This document shows positions 26,721 through 39,789 of a stretch of 64,000 nt of DNA, piece after piece. The notes beneath the pieces were generated by a model that saw only the letters and a program-made list of their open reading frames with translations, had not been told where the DNA came from and did no database searches. Position 1 is the first letter of the stretch, and each line of letters starts with the position of its first letter. The translations under genes were made by a program, and so were the position numbers. The stretch comes from Gnetum montanum. Lineage: Eukaryota; Plantae; Gnetophyta. Location: NCBI GenBank assembly GCA_015680685.1, contig MNCI01000952.1, forward strand, positions 62,879 to 126,878, given 5' to 3'.

Positions 26721-29700
26721 TGATTCTCATTGAGAAGATAGAGATTAATCAACCTCTCCTACAAGATTACAATAATGCCACACCTAGTGAGGAAGTTCAT
26801 TGGAGAACCAACAAACTATATGACAATGAAGATTGGAGTACGCAACCTGAGGTCAGGGTTTCTTATAAACATAAACAAAAGCAACATCGTCTCAACGCAC
26901 GAAAGCATAACTTACAAGATGACGGTGAACCCCTATTGGCCACTAGAAGCTTAACAAAAATACAAAAGGTTGTTCAAATCTTTCATAGGCATCGTAAAGA
27001 GAGCCATCTACCCATGATCGATTTAAAAAACTTCCCTACTTTCTCAGGAGGCTATGACTTAGATCCGCATCAACATTTGCAAGCCTTCTATGATTCTTGT
27101 GCATGGAACAACATTGATAATGGATGACAAAAACTCAAGCTCTTTCCTATGACACTCGTTGGCCAAGCAAAAGTATGGTATAGATTGTTAAAACCAAATT
27201 TAATACAACGTTGGCCAACAATGGTAGAAATTTTTAATGAAAGATATCAAACCTACGCAATAGTGTTAGCCTTGAGGAAACAAATCTAAGAGTGGAAACA
27301 AGCACAACATGAACCCTTGGACATGGCCTTAGAAAGATATTATGCATTGTTAAACAACTGTTAAGGCCATGAGTTCTCTGAGGAAAGGCTAATGTACCAT
27401 ATCATTGATGGGCTACGTAATGAAAAAAGAGACCCTTTGAATGTATGCCTAAGGTCAACTATATGAACTACGAACCCATCAGGTCTAAGAGCTTATTAAG
27501 CAGGTAGCAAAAGAGGAAGGAGAAATGGCTAGACAGGAGAGTGTTGAAAAACATCAACGGGACCCAAATCTCAACTTAACAAAGGTCCATGATCATAAAA
27601 AGGAGAAATAAACCTATCACAAGGAGAAAGAACCATCTTTGCCGATACAACAATCATTAGAGGAAGTCAAGGCAAAGATCAATAAGATGTTGGAATGGAT
27701 GTATCAAAAGTGTGGAGAAGTTATCAATATTATTGGAGATAGAGTTTTGACAACCCAAGAAGCAGGACAAAAAATTAGACATTCAGAAAGAAGGAATAAA
27801 GAAAATAAGAGCTCAACTGCTGATCATATGTATGAGTGCAACATTTGCATGTACGATCACCCCAAGGGCCAATGCCCAATCTTGTTACATTTATATGAGC
27901 ATTAGGGAAACACGTTACATCCAGAGTTCGTACAGAGATATTGTGTTCGATCACAGTGGCAACAATCCCAATCGTGGGGGAAACCATCCTTACACTAGAA
28001 ACATCCTTCATATTGTCTGAATCCAAATGCTTATCTAGTTCAACATCATGTTTCTCCAACTGGGCCAACATACTCTATCTCACCACATTACCATTCTCCA
28101 CAATACTATAAGCCCATGTCCTCAATAGAACCATCGTCTTGTGCACCTTACACTTCTCCCAATTTTTAACATTCTCATCCTTTCCCTCCTTCTACATCGC
28201 CACCAATTGTTCCTAAGGTGCTTGCACCACAGCAACAACCCACGAATGTCACTTGTGCTACTACTGTCAACAGCAGTGAGAGGCCTCCTCAACATTGAAG
28301 GCATCCCTTCTTTAGAAATGACCCTAGTGCATCCTCCAACTCAGCACAAGTCCAACATTGTGGTGCACCCTTATCTTCAAACCCAATGCCTCATGTTACT
28401 TCATCAGGGCCACCAATCAACACTCCAACAACCATACGGCCCAATGAACACAGTCATGGAAGGCAACATCCTGATCCTTGCATACCATCTAACGATTCAA
28501 AATATCATAGTGGATCAACTCATTATCTAGGAACTACATCGTATAAATTGCCCCACTATGCTTATTATAATCAGGTGTGTGAACCCTAATGGGATAAATA
28601 TGACCGAGTCCCAATATTTTCAACATGCAAGGATCCTCATCTTCCATTTATTAATCTTTGCCATGCTCAACTGTTTAGTTATGGGGGATACCCCCCATTC
28701 TAATAGCAAGTAGGAGTAATAAATATTTTTCATTTTCTTTAATTTTACAACTTTTTGTTTTCTAGTTTTTCATTTTTCAATTTCTTGTTTTATATTTTTG
28801 TGTTTTTATGTTTTATAAGTAATCTCATCTATGAATAAAACACTCATGTGACTCGTTGGTTGAGGTGTGTTCTATGTTATCGAGTCTCAAGTGATCAATT
28901 ATTGGGACAGTGAGCCCATCACACCCACTCATCCACTCTACAAATAAGAGGCTCTATTCGAGGGTACAGTGATATTCTTGACATTCTTAAAACTTAAAAT
29001 TAATTTTGTGTTCATTGTACTTAGAATGAAGAAGGATGGACCAAGAGGGAATGATTAGGGTGTGACACCAAAGGGACTTGCAGATTCTCTTTGGTGACGT
29101 TTGTGGGAGTTATCATGCAACGTGGTTGTACTAAGATCCTTGTAGATCTAACAAAAAATGGAAGTAAGAGTAATCAAAAAGGGAACTCAAAAATCCAATG
29201 CTATTCTAGGGGGTCCCATTGGAAAGACATGCACCCATGCCTGAAGGTTGGCAACTTCTCTAGATTTAGTATTCAAAAAAAAGAAAGGAAAAAGAAAAAG
29301 AAAAGAAGAAAAACAAAGTGCCACAAAACAAAAATCACTCCTCCCTTGAATAAAATGCCAAGTGATTGTATGCCTTGTTGTTATGGTATTCTCATAGTTG
29401 CTCATCATGGGATGAAACAATGCTGTGTCACTGATTAGAGGAATCCACTTGGTGCTGATCTTGGAACGACGAGTTAATGGCGCCTTAATCATGCTTTACA
29501 CGTAGGATTCACTGTGCCTTGGGTCGGCTACCTCATGCCCCAATCTCTACGATCCCTTCTATAACCCATTTCATCTCACTGTTCATGTAATTATCACTTG
29601 TGTCTCATGTAACGTAGAATTCTTACCTCATTTCAGTGATATTTACATGTGTGTGTTTTGTGGAATTAGTGTGGATTACATTTAACCCTTTTAGTGCCCA

Positions 29701-30596
29701 TGGACACTTTTAAGTGTGGTTACACAAGGGCAATATAGGTTGGAACCTGCTTTGGGGAGGACCCACTTGTGTAATCTCTTGTAATTCTCACTTATAACAT
29801 AGCTGACACACACCATTTATTACCCTCAGCATATTTGCCAACAATTTTCTTTCCCTTATTACTACCCCTCTGAATCTATCATTCCTATGTACCATCACAT
29901 CACCTTTTTCTTACTATCGGAGGTTTTTTTGATCAATTACACTCACTCATTATTATTCGTGCCTTCACAAGAAGCTCAATTACCCTAGAATTTTCTAACC
30001 ATAGCTCAATGTCCTAAGTTTACAATGTTCATTTCTAGAAAACCTTTAAAAATTTGGTATTTTTAGTGTTGTGACAACATCACTAGGGCCGCGATATCGC
30101 ATCCCCTCGGCTTATAAATAGGAAAGCCCCCTCGCAACACTTAGCATCATTTTTCACACTTCACGCGGGGGAGATTTCAAATTTTTTCTCTACGACTTGC
30201 GATTGCGTGACCCTTGCTTTCATAGCCATATCTCACTTGCTGGTACTTCAATTTTACTTCCATTTGAACCTGCTTGAACCCGGAGTGTTCAGCTTAGTCG
30301 TGGGGGAGGGACATATGCCGAATAGTGCATAAATTTTTTGGAATTTTTCATCCCCCAAAGGACATCATTAAGGCTAATTAGCTATAATAATATGGATAAT
30401 TGTGCCAAAAATCATTTCATCCCTAGGAACATCAGGAGACAAAAAATTGGAAACCACCTAAGTAACAGGACTCACTATTACAATCATTCAAGAAACATCA
30501 CACGAATAGAATAAAATTGAATTAGTAAAGGTAAGTAGTAAGGTATAACTTCACTTCAGAAACAACCTTACTAATGCTTGGCCCATGTGATTGCAG

Positions 30597-33229
30597 ATGG
30601 CCCTAAAACATGGACAATGGGAGGGTCTTGCTTAAGGTGGAAGCAAACGATCTAGGAGAGGCGGAAGATAAGATCCTGCCAGACAACATGCAGAACAGGA
30701 GGAACAATCATTTAGCATTCATCAAGAGGACCCTCCAACCATACAGTCCAGGCAGGCAATAGGAGGAGCTACTGCAACACCTGAATAGGGACAACATCTC
30801 ATGTTGCCCCAAGATTGTGTTCAAGCTATCCATAAAAGATCCACATTCATGGTAGTGATTGTGGAACTGAACTTTGAATCTTTGCAAAGTTCACTCCTGA
30901 GGCTATTAGAGATCACCTCAAAGGGTCTCCATTATGGCCTACCCTCTCTGAAAGTAGTGCTTGGTACCTAGGGAAGACATACCAATTTTGGCACAACAAA
31001 GAACAAGGCACCACCATCAACATTTGTGGTGCAATAGTCAATTTCTCCACGCAGGCCTTTTCGAAAGTATTAAACCTTCCGAATACAGGGCCCAGGGTTG
31101 CTCAGTTTTCTACCTGTTTAGACCCCAATGTGCAACGAGTTTGGTTAGAAAGGATGTATGGTAGGGAAAAGACATTTGGAGAGTTGACGACAGAAGAGAG
31201 GATTTACTTCAAGATTGGAACGTATCACATCTTCCCCATGAAGGGCTTAAAAAGAATATCAACATATGTGGCAAGAGGATGTGCAGTGCTGATGGAAAAT
31301 GTTAATGCTAACCTGCCTCATCTATACTTGACGGAGATCCTGAGGTGGTTTGAGGAACGAAAGATAGGGAAAATGGCGTTGCCTTTCCCTTGTCTTATCA
31401 GGAAGCTGTGCCAACATGCTGGTATCAGAGGATACACTAATGATGTCCTCAAAAAGGCCCAGAATTCTTCATATGCTAAATTGTTAAAGTCCCCAGCTCC
31501 AAGGAAAAGCACTGGTGAGATGTTGGGATCGGAACGAGAAGAAGAATAGACAGCTGGACCAACTGCAACTCAACTTGTAAGACCCAGCCGACCTCCAAGT
31601 ATGGGACCTAGCCAACAATAGGAAGTAGGGCCTAGCACGAGCCAAGACNNNNNNNNNNNNNNNNNNNNNNNNNNNNNNNNNNNNNNNNNNNNNNNNNNNN
31701 NNNNNNNNNNNNNNNNNNNNNNNNNNNNNNNNNNNNNNNNNNNNNNNNNNNNNNNNNNNNNNNNNNNNNNNNNNNNNNNNNNNNNNNNNNNNNNNNNNNN
31801 NNNNNNNNNNNNNNNNNNNNNNNNNNNNNNNNNNNNNNNNNNNNNNNNNNNNNNNNNNNNNNNNNNNNNNNNNNNNNNNNNNNNNNNNNNNNNNNNNNNN
31901 NNNNNNNNNNNNNNNNNNNNNNNNNNNNNNNNNNNNNNNNNNNNNNNNNNNNNNNNNNNNNNNNNNNNNNNNNNNNNNNNNNNNNNNNNNNNNNNNNNNN
32001 NNNNNNNNNNNNNNNNNNNNNNNNNNNNNNNNNNNNNNNNNNNNNNNNNNNNNNNNNNNNNNNNNNNNNNNNNNNNNNNNNNNNNNNNNNNNNNNNNNNN
32101 NNNNNNNNNNNNNNNNNNNNNNNNNNNNNNNNNNNNNNNNNNNNNNNNNNNNNNNNNNNNNNNNNNNNNNNNNNNNNNNNNNNNNNNNNNNNNNNNNNNN
32201 NNNNNNNNNNNNNNNNNNNNNNNNNNNNNNNNNNNNNNNNNNNNNNNNNNNNNNNNNNNNNNNNNNNNNNNNNNNNAAGGCACTCAAGGCCTTACAAGAA
32301 GAAAAAAAGTAGCTTGTTGCTAACAACCTTCAGTTGACCACTGTGGAGAAGCAAAAGAATGTTCTCGAGGAACACTTTCATCAGTTGTGAGAACAATTCA
32401 TCCAGGTCAACCAAGACATGAGCCGCTTAGCCATGGAGAATTCAACCCTCTTAATGGAGGAGGTACACACTATTCGTCAAAAGTCAGCTATCGAGATAAG
32501 AGTGTAACAAAATGAGGCTAAACAACACAAAAAGCTAAAGGACCATTTTTGGGACCAGGTGGGGATGTACAAACAAATCCTTGAGAAGGAGATCCATATG
32601 ACCAAGGCCCACATCAACGCTATCAGTGCACAAGACACTGATTGGACACATATGCCTTTCCCCACCAAGTGGAAGTTAAGAACTGGGACTTGTAGATCCA
32701 AGATATTACAGAATACATGGAGTTGGAAAACTTTCGGTATGCCAACCTCACCATGTTAATAGTAGGGCACCTAAGAACTGAGCTCGAGCAACAGGTAGCT
32801 ACCACCTACATCAAATACGAAAAAGAATTTGCAGAATGCAAGAAGGCATTGCAACAACTAGAGGTTGCAAATTCTGAACTTGAGGTGGTAAAGGCAAGCT
32901 ACCAAGGCCAAAAATGTGTCACAATAGATTTGGCTTGATGGCTTGCGGATTTTCAAGAATACAGAGACAAAGCTAGAGCCTATGAAGAGGAATGATGGGT
33001 ATTTGTGGCTTGGTATGTCAAGGCTAATCAAATGTTTCCACAATTACCCTGCTCATGCGAAGTGCCGACTTCGTCAAACATCAGATCATTAGCATGGATG
33101 GCATAAGATCCCCAGACCAAAGAGGAGAAGCTCCAAGCCATACTCCAACACCATCAAGCCTCAAAAACTGGAGCACTAGACAAAGGGAAAGCACCAATGG
33201 AGGAGCCACCACTAGCAGGAACTACATGA
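30597..33229 (+). pseudogene. Decayed accessory/env-like ORF of the Athila element (basic N-terminus, LPFPxLIxxLC domain, long coiled coil)
   Basis: Acceptor ttgcag directly before ATG 30597. Reads MALKHG..GSKRSRRGGR, YQFWHN, VLNLP, NLPHLYL..LPFPCLIRKLCQHAGI, then a heptad-rich region (32280-33000). Has stops and spans the N gap. Confidence 0.65.
31648..32276. other. Assembly gap (run of N)
   Basis: Continuous n bases. Confidence 0.99.
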
Positions 33230-34048
33230 GTTTCACCAATTTTGTAGTTGTAGCACATTCTTTGTGTTGTATCTTAATTTTTTTTTCATTCCACGCTGCG
33301 ATATCGCAGCTTGTCTCATCATCTATAAATAAGAGGTAGATAGAAGAGTTAGTGAATCAGTAGGTTAGTTCTTAGTTTAAGTGTTTAATTTCTTTCTCTC
33401 AACCCTTCTCTTCTCGTGTATGCCTGCAATGTGGTGATTGTAATTGTACAGAACCTTTATTCGAGTGTGACGTACTTGGACACGCACATGACCGAAAATA
33501 AAGATTGATATTACTTCATCATTGCAGCATTCACTTAGCTTAATTATTTAATTAATTGTTATTTACTACTTTCCTAGTTAATCTCTCTCACCCTTAAACT
33601 CATGTTAAACACGAAATGAGTATGAATTGATTATGAGCATTTAAGTGTGACTACTTGGTAACCCAGTAGCGTACCTAGGATCTACGCTTGGTAATCCTAG
33701 TAGTAGTTGTGCACGAAGTCCAAGATGTGTATGGATAATCGAGGAACGGATGCTCATCGCACTTAGGCTAGTTTAGATTCTCTCTCACCCTTTCTCTCCT
33801 AGCTTAGTTAACGTTATCTTTCATTGCCTTTAGGAGTAGCATTAGGTTAGAAACCGCATCATGCACCTCACTCTGGACTAAATCATATGTGACAAAGATA
33901 ATACTAGTCCAGGTGAGAAGACAGCGAACTGCGACCTAAGGCTAACTATCTAGATGCCACAACTAGTCCGTTTGCGGAGTTCAACCGGATCGTTCATGTA
34001 ACACTCGTATTCATATGGTTGAGTGTAGGGGTACCTCGCCACTCATCA

Positions 34049-37000
34049 AGGCCCAAGGAGCATGATTAAGCTTATTGGCCTAATCTCTTTTGTACCCACT
34101 GATCCTTTTTCTAAGTATTCTAAAAATTTTATGGTGAGTAACTTTCACTTAGCCATGAGCCCACTCATGATAAGGGGAATTTTATTTATGATTAACTCCA
34201 TAAGATTTAAATAAATCCTTGAAAACCCTACTAGTAAAGTACGTACTACTATTAAATATTAAGATTTGAGGAATACTAAGCCTATGAAGTAAATGATTTT
34301 GAAGGAAGTTTGTTGTAGTAGTAGATGAACAATGCTTAATAGCAATAACATTTATTCACTTCGTGTATTAGTATATGCATAGAATGGTGTATGCTTTATC
34401 ATTGAAAGTTAAAGAGATAGGGCTAATGAAGTTAATCCCTCACATGTTAAAGGGCTTCAGTGGTTAGAAACACTATTGTGGTTCCTTCATCGGTGAGGAC
34501 ATACCCGCTCACATTAGTACTTGTCACAGTAGCACATGAAGTGTTGAGCATCACAAAACATGGTGAACTAAAAATAGCCTATGAGCAATAGCTTTGTTGT
34601 GGCTCTCTTTCTTGCATAGTACCCACCACATAGACCATGGTGTGTGTGAACTAAGATGGTATCTTAGCTCTCTTCTAGAATACAACACCTTATGTGGCCA
34701 TTAGGGAATCTTTTGTAAAGATGCTCTTTGACAATCAACTAAAGAATCATCTAGTGTTGGAATCATTGGATCTTTCGTTTATCCCACCCAAGAGGTATCT
34801 TGTAGATCACCAAGCAATTAAGAGTGTATGTGAACTATGGGTAGCCACATTAAGGGCTGGAGCCTGCTTTTGGAAGGATCCACTTGTATAACTATTGTAT
34901 CTTATACTTGCCAAGTAATTCCACATCATCTTGGACCTTCCAAAAATCAATAAACACTTTCCATATCATTGCAAAATATCTGTTCTACAAATATGAATCC
35001 ATTACCCTTCTCACCCAACTTATAAATTTTTCTTGCCTAAGATTCCTTCTCTGTGAACTTCAAATGACAAATTTTTGACAAAATTATGCATATTTTCATC
35101 ATTCAAGCCCTCTAAGCCACCTTAAAACCTTTCAAACATCCAAAAGAATTAAATTTTCCAATTAGACCCTTCTAAAAGATGAAATTTCTAAGGCTTCGAT
35201 ATCATATCACCAATATCAAATCTACCTCGATATCAAATCCTTAATGTCAGGTCCCTCAAAATCTATATATATTAGTGAGACTTTGAAGACTTTTCATTCT
35301 TTCTCATTTGACACAAGGTAGATTTTTCCAATTTTATTCTATGGAAAAAAGCTCTAACCTCCTAGATTTTTGAAGGCATAACTTGATCACTCTCTAATTT
35401 TCGTGCTCTTTGAACCCATTTGATCCTGAAGTGTTCAACTTAGTCTAGTAAGGAAAATTTAAACCAATTGTTTTGGAAAAGCCTAACATCTAGAAGGTAT
35501 TTTAAGGGTAAGTATGGAGAGGAAGTTGAAATTCTTAAGAATAAATCAATCCTACTAATGCCAAAATACTTACATAATGTTCCTAAGGAATTATAAGTAG
35601 CAATATAAGAAAGTCATACATAAGGCCAAAACGAATAATTTTGAGGAATTATAAGAATGTTAACACTTATGGGATAAGTTTTTTGAAAATTCTTCTAACT
35701 TCGCAATCATGATAAACTAAGAACTTAATGAAACTAAGGGTATGAGTAAGGTATAAATCCATTAGAAACACATGGAAATACCTTAGTAATTTTGAAATCT
35801 TAATGATTGTAGATCATCCCAAGAATAGGAGGAGCACAAGGAGGACCCTCACAAGGAGCAAGAAAATGACCAAGATGCCAGGGAAGAGGTTGAAATGGAG
35901 AACAAGACCCATTACACAAGGGGTAAGAAGCCCAATCATTTAGCATTCATCAAAAAACTCATGCTACAAGACAATCAGCCCAACGAGAGATAGTAGCACC
36001 ACAAGTGCAAGGACCATGTCTTACATTGTCATAGTACTACCTCCAAGCCATTCAAGAAAGATCCACCTTGACCACAGTCATCATGGAAATGAACTTTGGC
36101 CTATTCACAATGTTTGTTCTTAAAGCAATTAGGATGCAACTCTAGGCATCATGACTATGAAAAATTCTATTTAAAAGTAGTGAATAGTATCTTGGGGAAA
36201 CATACCAATTTTTCCACAACAAGGAAGAGGGTACTATAGTTAATATTGGAATAATTTCAATCTCATTCTCAATGAAGATAATTGAAGAAGCTCTCAATAT
36301 ACCAAATGAAGGGGCAAGGTTAGCATATCTGTCCATCCCATCTAATCTTGAAACCAGAAAGTTGTGGTTGAAACAAGCTTATGGTAAAGAAGACAAAGGC
36401 TATAATGAACTAACTTTGGAGGAGAGGATATACCTTAAAATCAACACCTATTTTTTGTTCCCAACAAAAGAACTCAATTGATTATAAACTTATGTAGTTA
36501 GAGGAAGTGTAATTCTAATGCGTAAGTATAATGCAAACCTTGTAAAACTTTGTTTTATGGAGATTCAGTGGTGATTTAAAGAAAGAAAGGTAGGGAAGCC
36601 AACACTACCATTCCCTTGACTTATCAAGAAACTATGCAAGCAAATTGAAATCCTAGGAGATACCAATGATGTCCCCATGAGATCCGAGAATGCTTCATAT
36701 GCCAAGTTGTTCAAATTAGCACCACCCAGGAAAGATTAGGTGATGAATAAGAACTAGAAAAAGAACAAGATCAAGATCAAGAGTGAGAGAAATATCAATG
36801 ACAAGATCAACAAGCAGGGCCTAGTAGCCAATAGTAAGGGTAGTAATAGCCATAGGTTCCACCACCACTATCACTGCAGGACTATCAATCATCAATGAGC
36901 CATCTACAATAGATCATAGAAACAATCAACTAGGGAACTAAAGAAGAGGCCAATTTGTACAAAGTCATTGATAATGCCATAAGAACCATAGTTTTAGCTA

Positions 37001-39710
37001 ATCCTGAAAGTGGACAAATTTTATTGTAGTCAGGAGGAGAGGTATGGTCACAAAAAATATCTAGGAATGCTGCATGATTCTAAGTGGTACTAGAGATATG
37101 AGAGGGAGCCATAGTAGTGGTGATGTAGCACTAAGATGTAATCGAAGCAGTAGAGGTGATCATCGATCACATCAAAGAGTCATTCAATGTACCTATTATA
37201 TTGCTGATAGAAATTACTAAAACCAAAGATGAAAAGATGCTAATTGAAACCTCAATGACTCCTGTGAATCATGAGGATGCACTTGATCGACTATTATAAA
37301 CAAGGTAAGTAATGACAACACTGTTCGACATTCTAAGTGATGTCACTGTAGTGCAGTCTTAAGTGATCACCACTAAAGGAAAATTGATCATGGTAGAAAT
37401 GAGGGCAGATCATGTAGAATTAGATATTATGAAACTACAAGAAGAGCTCACTACCCTAAGAGTTAAAAGGAGAGATCCCACATAATTTTTTGCACCTAAC
37501 CAGATTGAGTAATTAAAAATAGAGCAAATCAACAAATTGATTAAGCATAACAAAAAATTGGTAGATGAGAAAGAGAAAGTAATATGGAACACTTCTATAG
37601 TTGAAGCATAAATGTATGCACATGCAAATCCACTTATCACTGTACAAGAAGAAAACAAACAACTTGCTACTGACAACATGAGGTTGAACACGGTAGAAAA
37701 GTAGAAAAACATTCTAGAAGAAAGTATCCATCAGTTGAGAGAGCAACTGATGGGAGTCAACTAGGATATGAGCCCCCTCATGAGAGAAAATAGAAAAATC
37801 TCTATGGAGGAGGTACACGCTATTAGACAGAAATCAACAATTGAAATTAGTGCATGGTAGAATGAGACAAAGAAGCATGAGAGGTTGAAAGAACACTTCC
37901 GAGACCAAGTGGACATGTACAAGAAAATAAATGAAAAAGAGATCTAAATTAAAAAGGCCAAAATTAGTTCTATTGTAGCACAAAATCCTGATTGCAAATC
38001 CATCTTGGACAACATGGCCCACACCTATCAAGCAGAAGTAAAAAATAAAGACATGCAAATAGAGGAATTAAAAGAATGCATGGCATTAGTAAACCTCCAT
38101 TATGTTAATTTGACAATGTTAATAGCAGGTAGGCCTAGAAATGAGCTAGAATAATAAGTAGCAATCACCTATGTCTTATATGAGAAAGAGTTTATGGACC
38201 AAAAAGATGCTTTGCTAAAACTTCAAGTAAAAAACTCAAAACTAGAAGTAGTGAAGGTTGGCTATCATGGGTGGAAAGATGTAGTAGTTAACCTAGCCAA
38301 AAGGCTATTAGACTATCATGAATTAAGAAAAAAGGCTAGAGCATTTGAGAAAGAAAGAAGGCAATTTGTAGCCTAGTATGTCAAAGCAAACCAAATGTTT
38401 CTAGAATTACCATGTCCATGGGATGTGCCAACTTCATCAAATATTGGCTCATCAACATGGACAATGTATGATTCTAGAATGGAAGAAGAAAACCTTCAAG
38501 CACTTCTAAACCAATATAAATTTTAGAAGCCTAGTGATAAGGGAAAACAACTAATGGAAGAACCACCCCCACCTAGAACAACTTAAAGACTACATTAAGC
38601 TTTGCCAGTTGTTGTTCTTTATTTTGTAAAGTTGTCATATCATGAAATGTGTCATTTTTTTAAAATCCACTATGGCATTTATGAGTCATGTATATAGAAA
38701 TTAGTTTCATGTCAATCTACCTCCCAATTTTGTAAGGACCTTTATCCTAAGTTTGTTTTAACTCAAGGATGAGCTTTTAGGCAGTCATGGGGGTATGATA
38801 AATCATGGTTTTGTAGGCTATGATATCAAGCATTAGATATCAAAGCTATAATATTATAGCTCCAATATTACAGCTTTGATATTAGATCCCCAACATTGGT
38901 TCCCATGATACAATGTTGGATATTTGATATTACTGATGTGTGCAAGGCTTATAAATACAATAGTTAGGTGCATCATCTAAAGGAGGTATTCATTCCATGG
39001 TAGCTAAACTATGTTAGTTTGTTTATGTGATTTTAGTACTTAGCACTTAGTTATGTATGCTCATAGTGTAATGTGTTGCAATTGAATAGAATCTTTATTT
39101 GAGTGGAATGTACTTGGACATATTTCATGCATGGAAATAAATATATAGATTACTCTACATCATTGCAAGATCACTTAGTCTTTATTATTTTCACTTAGCT
39201 TAATGTTTACTTTTTTCATTAGTTAATTATTTACTTTTAATGCATGTTATAATAACTATTATTAAGTGGAATGAGTATGACTGATCTCGAGCACTTAAGT
39301 GTAACTACTTGGTAATCCAGTAGTACTATCACTTTGTACATCCAATAGTATGTTACTTGGTAATCCTAGTAGTAGTTACATGAAGTCCAAGGTATGAATG
39401 GAAGTTCAGGACTAGATGATCATTGGATAGGATATATTAGATTTATTTATTGTCACTTAGATTTAGAAAATATTATAATTACTTCATATTAGCTAGGAGT
39501 ACTATGGCCAATACAACATCATTTTTCATATACCTCATCATGAGTAAACCATATGCAGCATATTCACTAGCTCACGTGGGAAGACAATGATCGTGACCTC
39601 TAACCAATTACTTGCATAATCACATTGCCTTGTCTACAAGATTTGACTAGGATTGTGCGTGAACGCTCGTATCTTGTATGGTTGGGTGTTGGGTATTCCA
39701 CTACTCATCA
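34049..39710 (+). mobile_element. 3' half of a second, older Athila-like element (accessory ORF, PPT, 3' LTR)
   Basis: Decayed ORF ~35813-38586 homologous to 30597-33229 (IEEALNIP..ELTLEERIYLKI). PPT gtcatgggggta, then LTR 38796-39710 (TGATA..CTCATCA). Confidence 0.8.
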
Positions 39711-39789
39711 AAAGCACTTCATCATTTCACATTTGTCTTATCTTCATTTCAATGAAGATGTTGATGGCTTAAATGAGCCATGATCAAAA

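Larger units (their letters stand above)
26720..34048 (+). mobile_element. 5'-truncated Athila-like element: gag, non-coding spacer, accessory (env-like) ORF, 3' LTR
   Basis: Gag FPTFSGGYDLDPHQHLQAFYDSC..KLFP..W and knuckle CNICMYDHPKGQC at 26720-28700. Accessory ORF 30597-33229. 3' LTR ~33290-34048 ends gggtacctcgccactcatca. Confidence 0.8.

Noticed and set aside
31484-32326. Long ORFs of 280 and 237 aa
   Set aside because: They are translations of the N gap.
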